Shown here: positions 1 through 8,773 of the stretch, piece after piece | How positions within the stretch are numbered: position 1 is the stretch's first letter | Layout: every line of letters starts with the position of its first letter | DNA from: Saccharolobus solfataricus | Lineage (GTDB): Archaea > Thermoproteota > Thermoprotei_A > Sulfolobales > Sulfolobaceae | Assembly: GCF_900079115.1 (NCBI RefSeq) | Contig: NZ_LT549890.1 | Span: forward strand, 1,800,001-1,832,000 | DNA: 32,000 nt | Direction: 5' to 3' | The notes under the pieces: model-generated | The model's database searches: none | Told to the model about the DNA's origin: nothing | Seen by the model: only the letters and a program-made list of their open reading frames with translations | Position numbers and translations under genes: made by a program

Positions 1-168
1 CTCAGTGAGTTTGGACCATTGGGTAGCTCTGCTCCTATAGAATTTCCTTATGATATTGCAATAATTTCGATAGTAGGTCTAATATTCCATTATCTAGCAG
101 TTTTAAGCGGTTTCAGAACCAAGGAAATAGAGGAAATTATTGAGGATCAGAAGGAGAGAAGAGATTAA
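1..168 (+). CDS. C-terminal fragment of a membrane protein (gene begins upstream of the window)
   Basis: Frame 1 is open from the window edge to TAA at 166-168. The tail ...PYDIAIISIVGLIFHYLAVLSGF is a hydrophobic helix followed by a charged end KEIEEIIEDQKERRD. Confidence 0.4.
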   Translation, partial: LSEFGPLGSSAPIEFPYDIAIISIVGLIFHYLAVLSGFRTKEIEEIIEDQKERRD

Positions 169-437
169 TTGAAATAATGCTATTACGAATCCTAATGAAA
201 ACTTTTTAATCAAGAAACTATACCTTATTTTAGATCGATAAATCACACTGAAATAATGAAAAGTAGAAATTATTTATTATAATGGCTTGGACTTTATAAA
301 ACAATTTTCAAAAACACATAATAACTAAAAATCATTTATTACATTTTGCTAGCATATCAATTAATAAATTCCTTTTTTATATCGTTTTGACTTTTTCACC
401 TAAAGAAAATTGTGAGTTAAGAAAATTTTAAAGCTGT

Positions 438-458
438 GTTGGAATAAATTTTTATTCT
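438..458 (+). promoter_or_regulatory. Putative TATA/BRE promoter box of gdh copy 1, conserved upstream of gdh copy 2
   Basis: gttggaataaatttttattct lies about 25-30 nt upstream of ATG 479. A near-identical motif (gttggaataattttttattct on the minus strand) sits at the same distance from the ATG of the second gdh copy. Confidence 0.45.
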
Positions 459-475
459 GGGAAAACGAATTTATA

Positions 476-1738
476 TTGATGGAAGAAGTTCTAAGTTCGA
501 GTCTATATACTCAACAAGTGAAAAAGTTATATAAAGTCGGAGAGTTGTTGGGCCTTGATAATGAAACTTTAGAGACACTTTCTCAGCCCGAGAGAATAAT
601 TCAAGTTAAGATACAAATTAGGGGTTCTGACGGTAAATTAAAGACATTTATGGGGTGGAGGAGTCAACACAACTCCGCCCTAGGTCCCTATAAGGGAGGA
701 GTGAGATATCATCCTAATGTTACGCAAGATGAGGTAGAAGCACTATCTATGATAATGACGTGGAAGAACTCGTTATTGTTATTGCCATATGGAGGAGGAA
801 AGGGTGGAGTTAGAGTAGACCCCAAAAAGTTAACTAGGGAAGAATTAGAACAATTATCCAGAAAGTACATTCAAGCTATTTATAAATATTTGGGTAGTGA
901 ATTGGATATCCCAGCCCCAGATGTAAATACAGATTCACAAACCATGGCTTGGTTCCTGGATGAGTACATAAAGATAACCGGAAAAGTTGATTTCGCAGTG
1001 TTCACTGGGAAGCCGGTAGAGCTGGGTGGAATAGGGGTTAGGTTATATAGTACTGGACTTGGAGTTGCTACCATAGCTAAGGAAGCTGCAAATAAGTTTA
1101 TAGGAGGGGTTGAGGAGGCTAGAGTCATAATTCAAGGTTTTGGAAATGTTGGGTATTATGCAGGTAAGTTCCTAAGTGAAATGGGAGCTAAAATAGTTGG
1201 AGTTAGCGATTCTAAAGGTGGAGTAATTAATGAGAAAGGAATAGATGTTGGAAAGGCTATTGAGATAAAGGAGAAAACTGGAAGTGTGATAAATTATCCT
1301 GAGGGAAGGAAGGTAACCAATGAGGAATTGTTAATATCGGATTGTGATATATTAATTCCAGCTGCCCTTGAAAACGTCATAAACAAGTTCAATGCTCCGA
1401 AGGTTAAGGCAAAGCTTATTGTAGAAGGTGCAAATGGTCCGTTGACAGCAGATGCTGATGAAATAATGAGACAGAGGGGAATAGCAGTTGTACCAGATAT
1501 ACTCGCCAATGCTGGTGGAGTTGTTGGGAGTTATGTGGAATGGGCTAATAATAAAATGGGAGAGATAATAAGCGATGAGGAAGCTAAGAAACTTATAGTC
1601 GATAGAATGAATAATGCCTTCAATACGCTATATGATTATCATCAGAAGAAGCTAGAAGATCATGACCTAAGAACTGCTGCAATGGCATTGGCAGTAGACA
1701 GAGTAGTAAGAGCTATGAAAGCTAGGGGCATATTATAA
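476..1738 (+). CDS. gdhA: Glutamate dehydrogenase (NAD(P)+), Glu/Leu/Phe/Val dehydrogenase family
   Basis: 420-aa ORF with the catalytic-region motif LPYGGGKGG and the Rossmann dinucleotide motif IQGFGNVG. Full-length similarity to hexameric GDHs. The ATG at 479 is the likelier start than TTG 476. Confidence 0.95.
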
Positions 1739-1767
1739 CACTCTTTTTTATCCTTATCTCTTTCCTT

Positions 1768-2070
1768 TTACTCGTAACCTACTATTAAAAGTCTGTCCTT
1801 AAGCTTATAAGAATAAAGAATTGTAAAATTAAAGCTACTTTTAGCCATGGATATAAGTTCGTCTTTTACTTTATCGTTGTTTATATCAGCTGGCACTATC
1901 ACTACGTAATACTTAGCAAACGGTATAAAGGTTTTGAAAAATTTTTGGGCATCAACTATCAGACCGGGACTAACGTACTTAACGAATTTCACACTTCCAC
2001 TTTTACCTATCATTTCAATTAAGTTATCCTCAATGTATTCTGATAACTTATCAATTGGAAAAGCCGTCAT
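1768..2070 (-). CDS. Small hypothetical protein, paralogue of 3822-4172, co-directional and downstream of the MFS gene
   Basis: 100-aa ORF. It aligns by eye with the 116-aa ORF at 3822-4172 (L.-Y.-D.L ... KFF.TF.P...KY.VVI..D ... AK ... KL....IVG). No domain recognised. Confidence 0.6.
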   Translation of the reverse strand: MTAFPIDKLSEYIEDNLIEMIGKSGSVKFVKYVSPGLIVDAQKFFKTFIPFAKYYVVIVPADINNDKVKDELISMAKSSFNFTILYSYKLKDRLLIVGYE

Positions 2071-2187
2071 TGCATATACAATAATTTTCTACAGTAATAA
2101 GCATTTATGTATAATCCATGATTAGGAATATGTATAATTTATACAATTTGTAGTGCAATCCTTAAATAGAAAAAATAAGTAGAAAGT

Positions 2188-3606
2188 TTACGCATGCTGC
2201 CCTGCCTTAATTACGTAATTTCTGGTGAATAGAGCCACTATAAGATTTAGGAACATTATACCAACTGCAGCAGTATACATGTAATGAAAAGCTGAATAAG
2301 ACGGCACTTGAGCTACTGGTACAATTTGGTTATTAAAGTCATATATTATCCAAGTAGTATAAGTGTCCATAAACACAGTTGAGATTACTGGACCAATTGA
2401 ACTTCCGATGGTTCTTATTAAAGTGTTCATACCTATTCCTATTCCCCTTTGCTCCTCTGGTAAAGATACGGCAACCATGTTAACTAATGGAATCATAATA
2501 TTGACTAATCCTACAGCAGTTATCATGACATCAACTACCACCTCATATATGCTATACCTAAAAGTATCTAGAAGTAAATAGCCAACAATGCTAATTATAG
2601 AACCTATCATAAGTAATGGCTTAGGACCAATATTGTTAATTAACCTACCTACTATTGGTCCAACAATCATCATCACTAATGCTACCGGTGCCATTAAGAG
2701 CCCAGACTCTATTATTGATAAGCCTAGTCCATAAGGCTTAGGCAATTGAAGATAGTAAACTAGTCCCGTAAACATTAAAAACATTCCAGCTCCAGATATT
2801 AACCCAGCTATATTTGCGACCATTATATTCCTTATTCTAAATAGATCAAGTCTCATCAAGGGTTCGTTGGTTCTTCCCTCTACCCATAAAAATATGGGAA
2901 ATGCTATTATTGAAATTACAATTAATAAGAATTGACTAGTTGAAGTCCAACCGACGTTAGGACCGTTAGATAAGTATACTAATAACGGAACCACTGTTAA
3001 CATAAGGAACGTAGCTCCTAAATAATCTATCTTCTCCTTAGTCTTCTGGGGTATTTCGACTATGTACTTTGCGGAAACTATTACCAAAATTATCGATAAT
3101 ATAAACGCAGTATGAAATGCATAAGGCCATCCCAGATCTTGAACTATATAGGAACCAACTAATAGTCCTAAGGCTGGGCCGGCTGCAAGTGTAGCACTTA
3201 AAATACCTTGAGCCCAGGCTACTCTCTCTTTGGGAAATAGGTCAGTTATAATCGCTATCGCAAGAGGAAACGTTGCATAACCTAATCCTTGAATCGCCCT
3301 AGCGAAAATTAAAAAGTAGATGTTTGTTGAGAACCCAGCTAATAATACGGCTAGCGAATAAAAGCCAATAGATAAGAGATAAACTTTCTTCTTTCCATAC
3401 CTATCACCTAGCTTTCCAAAAAGCGGCGATGCAATTGCACCAACTATAAGATAAGCTGATGTAACCCACGCAACAGTTGTTGCTGTGGTAGAGAACTGAT
3501 CTTCAATTTTCGGTAACGCAGGTATAACCATTGTCTCTACGTAATTTACTAAAGTTAGCATGAGAGTGAGGGTAATTAAAGTACGCATGGTTCCTTTTGG
3601 ATCCAT
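2188..3606 (-). CDS. MFS transporter, DHA2 (EmrB/QacA-like, about 14 TMS) drug:H+ antiporter type
   Basis: 472-aa highly hydrophobic ORF. MFS motif A-like GKLGDRYGKKKV lies between TM2 and TM3. Length and helix count are typical of DHA2. Confidence 0.9.
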   Translation of the reverse strand: MDPKGTMRTLITLTLMLTLVNYVETMVIPALPKIEDQFSTTATTVAWVTSAYLIVGAIASPLFGKLGDRYGKKKVYLLSIGFYSLAVLLAGFSTNIYFLIFARAIQGLGYATFPLAIAIITDLFPKERVAWAQGILSATLAAGPALGLLVGSYIVQDLGWPYAFHTAFILSIILVIVSAKYIVEIPQKTKEKIDYLGATFLMLTVVPLLVYLSNGPNVGWTSTSQFLLIVISIIAFPIFLWVEGRTNEPLMRLDLFRIRNIMVANIAGLISGAGMFLMFTGLVYYLQLPKPYGLGLSIIESGLLMAPVALVMMIVGPIVGRLINNIGPKPLLMIGSIISIVGYLLLDTFRYSIYEVVVDVMITAVGLVNIMIPLVNMVAVSLPEEQRGIGIGMNTLIRTIGSSIGPVISTVFMDTYTTWIIYDFNNQIVPVAQVPSYSAFHYMYTAAVGIMFLNLIVALFTRNYVIKAGQHA

Positions 3607-3821
3607 AGAGTAAAGAACATTGTAAAGGCAAATAAATTTTTCGATATATCTTTTTCAATAGACGTTGAGAAATAGCTTACAAAAATGTGAAAAGATAGCT
3701 TTTAGGAGTTTAAGAAGCTAGATAGAATTTCCCAGTAAGAAATAGTCTAGTCGTAAGTCTCCATTATTACTAGAAACAACTAAAGAAGTTAAATTAATAT
3801 ATAACTTTAAACAGATTATAC

Positions 3822-4172
3822 ATGATGAAGAAGTTGAGTGTTAAAGAACTTGGAGACTATCTTGACGATGACTTATTAAAGCTTTTAAATAAAGAAGATA
3901 TAAGACATATATACCTTATAAACGTGAAACTTATATCGAACTTCGAAAAATTCTTTACCACGTTCCTTCCGGATAGTATAAAATATTTCGTAGTAATCTC
4001 TTCTGATTTGCCGATTAAGCTAATTAAGGAGAGTTTAGCTAGGGCTAAGGACGCTTTAGAAGTCTCTTGCTATATCTCATCAAAGTTACCCCCGAAATCA
4101 ATGATAGTAATCGGATTAAAATCGGTAAGTAAGAAAGAAGAAGTAAAGGAACCTTCCAGTTCCCTTGCCTAA
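3822..4172 (+). CDS. Small hypothetical protein, paralogue of 1768-2070, divergent from the MFS gene
   Basis: 116-aa ORF with an AT-rich TATA-like box about 25 nt upstream. Shares a conserved core with the 100-aa ORF on the other side of the transporter. Confidence 0.6.
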   Translation: MMKKLSVKELGDYLDDDLLKLLNKEDIRHIYLINVKLISNFEKFFTTFLPDSIKYFVVISSDLPIKLIKESLARAKDALEVSCYISSKLPPKSMIVIGLKSVSKKEEVKEPSSSLA

Positions 4173-4182
4173 TCTTTTTTCC

Positions 4183-4680
4183 TTATTTTTTCTTCTTCCT
4201 ATTTTGCAAAAGTATATATAGACCTAATGAAAATATTGCAACTAACACCATCACAATAACCCTATTATTATAAAAAGTGTTTAAGGTTAATGATGACGAA
4301 TAAGTAGGTATTAATGAGATATTTGTAAGGCTTTTATCAAAATTGCCATTATCGTTAACTTGTACAGAGCTTATAGTAATATTTGCATAATAACTTCCAT
4401 TATAAATTATTAAAAATGTACTGTTAATAATATAATAAGGTGCTATTATTTCAGAGAAATTCGTGCCATTCTTTATTGCTAATAATCCCCCAATTGTTTG
4501 AGGCTCTATTGTAAAATTCTTTACACTTATTATAAATTTTATACCAATCGTGGAGTTCTCAACATCTTGAACTAACGGAAAATTCTGGTTTACGTTAACG
4601 CGTATTATGTAATTGCCCAACATAAACGTTTTCGAAATTACTGCAATAATTGCTAGTATTAGAAGTAATAAAAATCTCAT
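4183..4680 (-). CDS. Secreted/surface-anchored Asn-rich protein with many N-glycosylation sequons
   Basis: N-terminal signal-like helix MRFLLLLILAIIAVIS. C-terminal TM helix followed by NRKKKK. At least 8 N-x-S/T sequons (NST, NFT, NGT, NFS, NGS, NIT, NIS). Confidence 0.55.
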   Translation of the reverse strand: MRFLLLLILAIIAVISKTFMLGNYIIRVNVNQNFPLVQDVENSTIGIKFIISVKNFTIEPQTIGGLLAIKNGTNFSEIIAPYYIINSTFLIIYNGSYYANITISSVQVNDNGNFDKSLTNISLIPTYSSSLTLNTFYNNRVIVMVLVAIFSLGLYILLQNRKKKK

Positions 4681-4736
4681 TATTGTTTCTACACTTTACT
4701 CCCCTTAATATAAGTTTTTTTAATATCCCAAGATTA

Positions 4737-5153
4737 ATGAAAATTATGGATATAATAGAACTCCTTAAATTCGAACATGGTGTATTTAGGATAAGATTCT
4801 ATTTTTTAGAAAAAATTGGCGATTTCTGGCAGGAATTGGAAGCCCTACATAACTTTATAGTTAATGTTCACGCTAAGATGGAGGACTTATACGTCTTTAA
4901 GGATATACCAGAAGCCAGGCCTTATTCGAATGATCATAAACTAATTGAGAAGTATGGGGACTCAATAATAAAGGAGAAGAGAAAAGATTGGGTACCCAGA
5001 TATGTGAAGATAGTGTTAGATCATAACTTAAATGAGGAGAAATATATCTTTCCTAAGGTAAAGGAGAAAAAAGATCTAGTCTTGGATATAATTGAACAAT
5101 ATGGTTTTGAAAATTATCAAAAAGCCACTGGTATAGATATAAGAAATTTCTAA
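4737..5153 (+). CDS. Hemerythrin-like (HHE cation-binding) domain protein, tentative
   Basis: Start trimmed to ATG 4737 (MKIMDII) to avoid overlapping the convergent gene. Spaced His/Glu motifs LLKFEH, NVHAKMEDLYVF and LDHNLNEEKYIFP resemble H..xE / H...EE..FP hemerythrin repeats. Confidence 0.45.
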   Translation: MKIMDIIELLKFEHGVFRIRFYFLEKIGDFWQELEALHNFIVNVHAKMEDLYVFKDIPEARPYSNDHKLIEKYGDSIIKEKRKDWVPRYVKIVLDHNLNEEKYIFPKVKEKKDLVLDIIEQYGFENYQKATGIDIRNF

Positions 5154-5428
5154 ATGTTATAGACAAAATTGCACGTCATGCATCTATACAGCCTTTTCTT
5201 TTTATTAAGCAATATAGCTCTTACTGAACCACATCTAGGACAGAGTGAGATAGCAACTCTACCTTCTATGGTTTCGCCATCTGCAATTATTGTCTTATCA
5301 TTTTCATGAGCTACATTCTCCTTTAATATTACTTTCTCTACATCATGATCAGAATACCCACACTTACTACAAACCATTTTGTTACCTTTTACCTTCAAGA
5401 AAGAACCACATTTAGGGCAAAAACGCAT
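5150..5428 (-). CDS. TFS/RpoM-like double zinc-ribbon protein lacking the acidic catalytic tip (TFS paralogue)
   Basis: N-terminal ribbon is MRFCPKCGS..x12..CSKCGY. C-terminal ribbon is CPRCGS..x17..CMTCNFVY. Where TFS/TFIIS carries QTRSADEP, this protein has LNKKKR. Confidence 0.7.
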   Translation of the reverse strand: MRFCPKCGSFLKVKGNKMVCSKCGYSDHDVEKVILKENVAHENDKTIIADGETIEGRVAISLCPRCGSVRAILLNKKKRLYRCMTCNFVYNI

Positions 5429-5445
5429 ATCTAGAAATGAGTCTT

Positions 5446-6225
5446 TTAATCATAAAAGCTTGCGGCTAACATACTAACTCCGGGCCAAGGTGTGTCATAT
5501 CCTAAAATCTCAGCCCTCTTCGGTTTAACAAACCCTAAGAGTATGTATAGAGTGTTTAAATTTCCTTCAGGCATAGCAGTTTGATATTCCTTAGGATATA
5601 GCTCGTTAATTCTTAATATTTTGTCAAATTCGCCAGATTTTATCATATCCATTAGTATGATATCGAAGTTTGTAGGTTTAGGAGTTATCTTGAAGTAGAA
5701 TAGGTCTAGTCTGTGAGTTGGTGAACCTGTAGCTAGGAATAATACTTTTCTTCCTAATTTCTCTACCGCGTTTCTAATCTTTTCACCTATAGCATAGTGT
5801 GATTCTGGGCTATTGTCGGTAATGGATATTGTTACTACTTTTGGCTTATACTCGGGAAACATGAATAAAAGGGGAATCCACGCACCATGATCTAAACCCC
5901 ATCTGTTATCCTCTTTTATGATTCCATCGGAAGCCATTACAATTTCGTTTACTAGTTCTACATCATTATATGCCTCATAACAATATTTGTAGGTCTCTTC
6001 TGGGAAACCGTAATAGTCTTGTATACACTCTAATTTCTCACTGTTTTCTATATAATAATCCCCAGACCATGATATAAAATGAGGACTAGATACGATTATT
6101 GTATCTGGCTTATATTTTTCCATAACATCCTTTCCTATATTTCTGAGTAGATCCTTCCACTTATTTTCCTCAGTAAGGATAGTAGGGGAACCATGAGATA
6201 TAAATAACCCAACTGTCATCATCAT
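5446..6225 (-). CDS. Class III extradiol ring-cleavage dioxygenase, LigB/DODA (4,5-DOPA dioxygenase-like) family
   Basis: 259-aa ORF with the N-terminal FISHGSP motif, a later HF/DHGAW-type metal-ligand region and a size typical of YgiD/DODA proteins. Confidence 0.7.
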   Translation of the reverse strand: MMMTVGLFISHGSPTILTEENKWKDLLRNIGKDVMEKYKPDTIIVSSPHFISWSGDYYIENSEKLECIQDYYGFPEETYKYCYEAYNDVELVNEIVMASDGIIKEDNRWGLDHGAWIPLLFMFPEYKPKVVTISITDNSPESHYAIGEKIRNAVEKLGRKVLFLATGSPTHRLDLFYFKITPKPTNFDIILMDMIKSGEFDKILRINELYPKEYQTAMPEGNLNTLYILLGFVKPKRAEILGYDTPWPGVSMLAASFYD

Positions 6226-6829
6226 ATCCTCTCACTAAGTTAAAATAAAAATCTAAGTTAACTTATGGTAACCAAGACTGAATCTTTTTATGTTCATATA
6301 TGCTTGTTTTCCTTATCCTATTTTTCCAATTTTTATCACAAATATTTATAAATTTTGCTATATATTGTTGTGAAGACGTTAGTTTTCATATCTCCAGTTA
6401 GCGTTTATAGGAAAATCGTTACACTTTTACGTTACGTTAAAAATATATAATGAATCTTTCCTGGTTAGATGAAAAATGTTTATTGATAAGCTATAATATT
6501 AAGAAGTACAATGAAAGATATTTATAAATACATGGATAAATATTTTGACTTTTTATGATAATGGAATATCCTAAAACTACTACTCCAGTCTTAAGGAAAA
6601 TGTGGATAACAATTTCATTCCTTTGAAACTTAGTTTAAATTGCCCTAATCACTTTCGGCAAATGCGTTTAATTCTACAAAACTTTTGAAGAAGATCATAA
6701 TTATTGAATCTTTCCATTGTCAACATCTGAATCTTATGTTGAATTTAGAGCAAATTAAGACTTAATCTAATTTGAAATTCTTACATTTTTATCGTAACTG
6801 TATAGTGATATTCGTCAGAAAATCTTTAA

Positions 6830-7243
6830 TTAGGGAAAGATGAAATATTTTGAGATTTCTGGAAAGTTTCTAATCCCCCTTAATAGTTTTTCATCTGCAG
6901 TTAATATTACGTCTCCTACTTTCTTTGCCAAAGCTATTAATGAAGCGTCATAAGTTGTTAAGCTATACTTTAAGCTAATCTCATAAGCAGTCCAAGTTAA
7001 TTCCTTTCCACTTACTATCTTACAAAGATCAATATAAGATAAAGCCCTAAGTAATATCTCATCTGCTTTCTCTCTACTTAGTTCATTCCTCACTATCCTT
7101 TTACGAATTACGTTAGGGAATTCATAAAATATTAGATCAAGAAAGTAACATTCCTCAACTCTTTCAATCTCTCTCCTTATAAAATCGGTCATTTTCTCTG
7201 GAAAGTAAATTGCAAATAGGGCAGAAGTATCAATGATAGCCAT
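6830..7243 (-). CDS. vapC: PIN-domain ribonuclease toxin VapC
   Basis: 137 aa. N-terminal IDTSAL acidic motif and C-terminal TYDASLIALA motif. Overlaps the upstream antitoxin gene by 14 nt. Confidence 0.85.
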   Translation of the reverse strand: MAIIDTSALFAIYFPEKMTDFIRREIERVEECYFLDLIFYEFPNVIRKRIVRNELSREKADEILLRALSYIDLCKIVSGKELTWTAYEISLKYSLTTYDASLIALAKKVGDVILTADEKLLRGIRNFPEISKYFIFP

Positions 7244-7490
7244 CTCTATCTTCTCTTACAAGTTCTGCTGAGGGCGAATAATATCCATGAGATTTTAAGA
7301 GTTCCTCTCTAATCCCGTTTGCCTCTCTTAATTCTCTCCTCATTTTTTCCTTCCTCACGACCTCCTCTAAATACCTTCTAACTAGCTCCGGATAATCTAT
7401 TCCTAGCTCCTCTAACTCCTTCTTTAACCTCTCGTCAACTCTTATCGATATAACAGTGCTAGTCATAGTGTTTTCTTTTATTGTAAACAT
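7230..7490 (-). CDS. vapB: Ribbon-helix-helix antitoxin VapB (probable true start ATG 7466)
   Basis: TSTVISIRVDERLKKELEELGIDYPELVRRYLEE is a beta-strand/helix/helix RHH signature. The C-terminal LVREDRDGYH tail is shared with the other two antitoxins in the window. Confidence 0.8.
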   Translation of the reverse strand: MFTIKENTMTSTVISIRVDERLKKELEELGIDYPELVRRYLEEVVRKEKMRRELREANGIREELLKSHGYYSPSAELVREDRDGYH

Positions 7491-7745
7491 TTAAAGTTTA
7501 CCCAACATTATTGGTGTAAAGAGAGATGCCAATCTCCTAACCTTGGAAGGATCGTGATGAATACCTGACTCATCCGTGAAAAACACCTTAACACCCTTCT
7601 TAATAACACCCTTTAACCTCTCCCTCAAGATGTTATCTGCGTTAAAGGGCCTCTTCTTGTTATATGGTTTTATGTAGGGGATTTTCAATCTCTTTCTAGC
7701 TATTCTCCAAGCTGTTACATGGCTTAATTTAACGTCAGTATGGGA
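7491..7745 (-). pseudogene. IS630-family transposase internal fragment
   Basis: Translation ...LRERLKGVIKKGVKVFFTDESGIHHDPSKV matches LRERLKGVIKKGVKVFFMDESGISHDPSRV encoded at 12796-12890. No N- or C-terminal parts and no terminal repeats. Confidence 0.6.
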
Positions 7746-7934
7746 ATCTCATTTTTTGCGTAAAAAACGAGATGAATGAAATTCAGAAAAATCTAATTTT
7801 TGCTAATTTTTTGTAGAAAAGTTTGTATAAGCGAGGGCGGACCTAACTATATGCCACAAACTAAAGGTGTTAAGCAAGCTAATAGGGACTTAGTCAAGTC
7901 CGCCCTCAAATACAATACTAGCTCAAATACTTTT

Positions 7935-8070
7935 CCCTTATGAACTTGAACAACTACTGAGAACCCTGAAGTGGAGGTGGGCTAAGCTCCTCATCGAGCT
8001 TTAAGCCCAAAACGGCCTCACCCAGTCAGATCTGTATTACACAGGTCTGACTAATATGTTTTATATAAGG
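7935..8070 (-). mobile_element. Remnant of an ISC1190-type (IS110 family) left non-coding end, inverted, no transposase
   Basis: The reverse complement aligns by eye with 20824-20975. This includes the terminal ccttatataaaacatattag, the 12-bp hairpin and the gggcttaaagc mini-hairpin. Homology stops before the transposase start. Confidence 0.6.
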
Positions 8071-8131
8071 GCTGAATCCTTTCTCACGTTAATAGAAATC
8101 TTTTTATATTTATTTATTATCAACCAATTTT

Positions 8132-8773
8132 GTGGAGAGACTACTGAGACCTAAGGAGGCTTGCCAACTACTCGGCATTTCATACTCAACACTCCTACGG
8201 TGGATTAGAGAAGGAAAAATAAGGGTAGTAACGACTGAAGGAGGGAAGTATAGGATACCTTACAGCGAGATTAAGAAGTACTTAGAGAAGAGGGAGGAAA
8301 CAAGAGCTGTAATTTATGCAAGGGTCTCCTCTACCGATCAGAGAGAAGACTTGGAAAGACAAATAAACTACCTAACGAACTACGCAACGGCAAAGGGTTA
8401 CAAGGTAGTTGAAGTACTGAAAGATATAGCTAGCGGGTTGAACACACAAAGGAAAGGATTGCTTAAGTTATTCAAACTTGTTGAGGGGAGGAGTGTCGAC
8501 ATCGTATTAATAACATACAAAGACAGACTTACAAGATTTGGATTTGAGTACATTGAGGAGTTCTTCTCAACCATGGGAGTTAAGATTGAAGTAGTTTTTG
8601 GTGAGGAGCCCAAAGATGACGCACAAGAGCTAGTTGAGGACTTAATCTCAATCATTACCTCATTCGCTGGGAAAATTTACGGTATGAGGAGTCACAAGAA
8701 AACACTCCTAGTTCAAGGTGTAAAAAAGTTGATAGGTGAGTTAAGTGGAGAGGACAGTGAAGTTAAGGGTTAA
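8132..8773 (+). CDS. tnpA: IS607-family serine recombinase transposase TnpA (MerR-like HTH + resolvase catalytic domain)
   Basis: GTG start. N-terminal HTH is LRPKEACQLLGISYSTLLRWIREGKI. The catalytic serine motif is VIYARVSSTDQ. 213 aa. Confidence 0.9.
   Translation: MERLLRPKEACQLLGISYSTLLRWIREGKIRVVTTEGGKYRIPYSEIKKYLEKREETRAVIYARVSSTDQREDLERQINYLTNYATAKGYKVVEVLKDIASGLNTQRKGLLKLFKLVEGRSVDIVLITYKDRLTRFGFEYIEEFFSTMGVKIEVVFGEEPKDDAQELVEDLISIITSFAGKIYGMRSHKKTLLVQGVKKLIGELSGEDSEVKG

Noticed and set aside
880-1509. Antisense ORFs 880-1128 and 1294-1509 inside gdh copy 1 (and 23530-23736 inside copy 2)
   Set aside because: They lie fully within a strongly supported GDH reading frame and have low-complexity Ser/Thr/Pro-rich translations. 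They are conserved only because the sense frame is conserved, so they are shadow ORFs.
2363-2581. 72-aa ORF antisense to the MFS transporter, and 1934-2125 antisense to the small paralogue
   Set aside because: Shadow ORFs of hydrophobic or AT-rich coding sequence, with no start context or motif.
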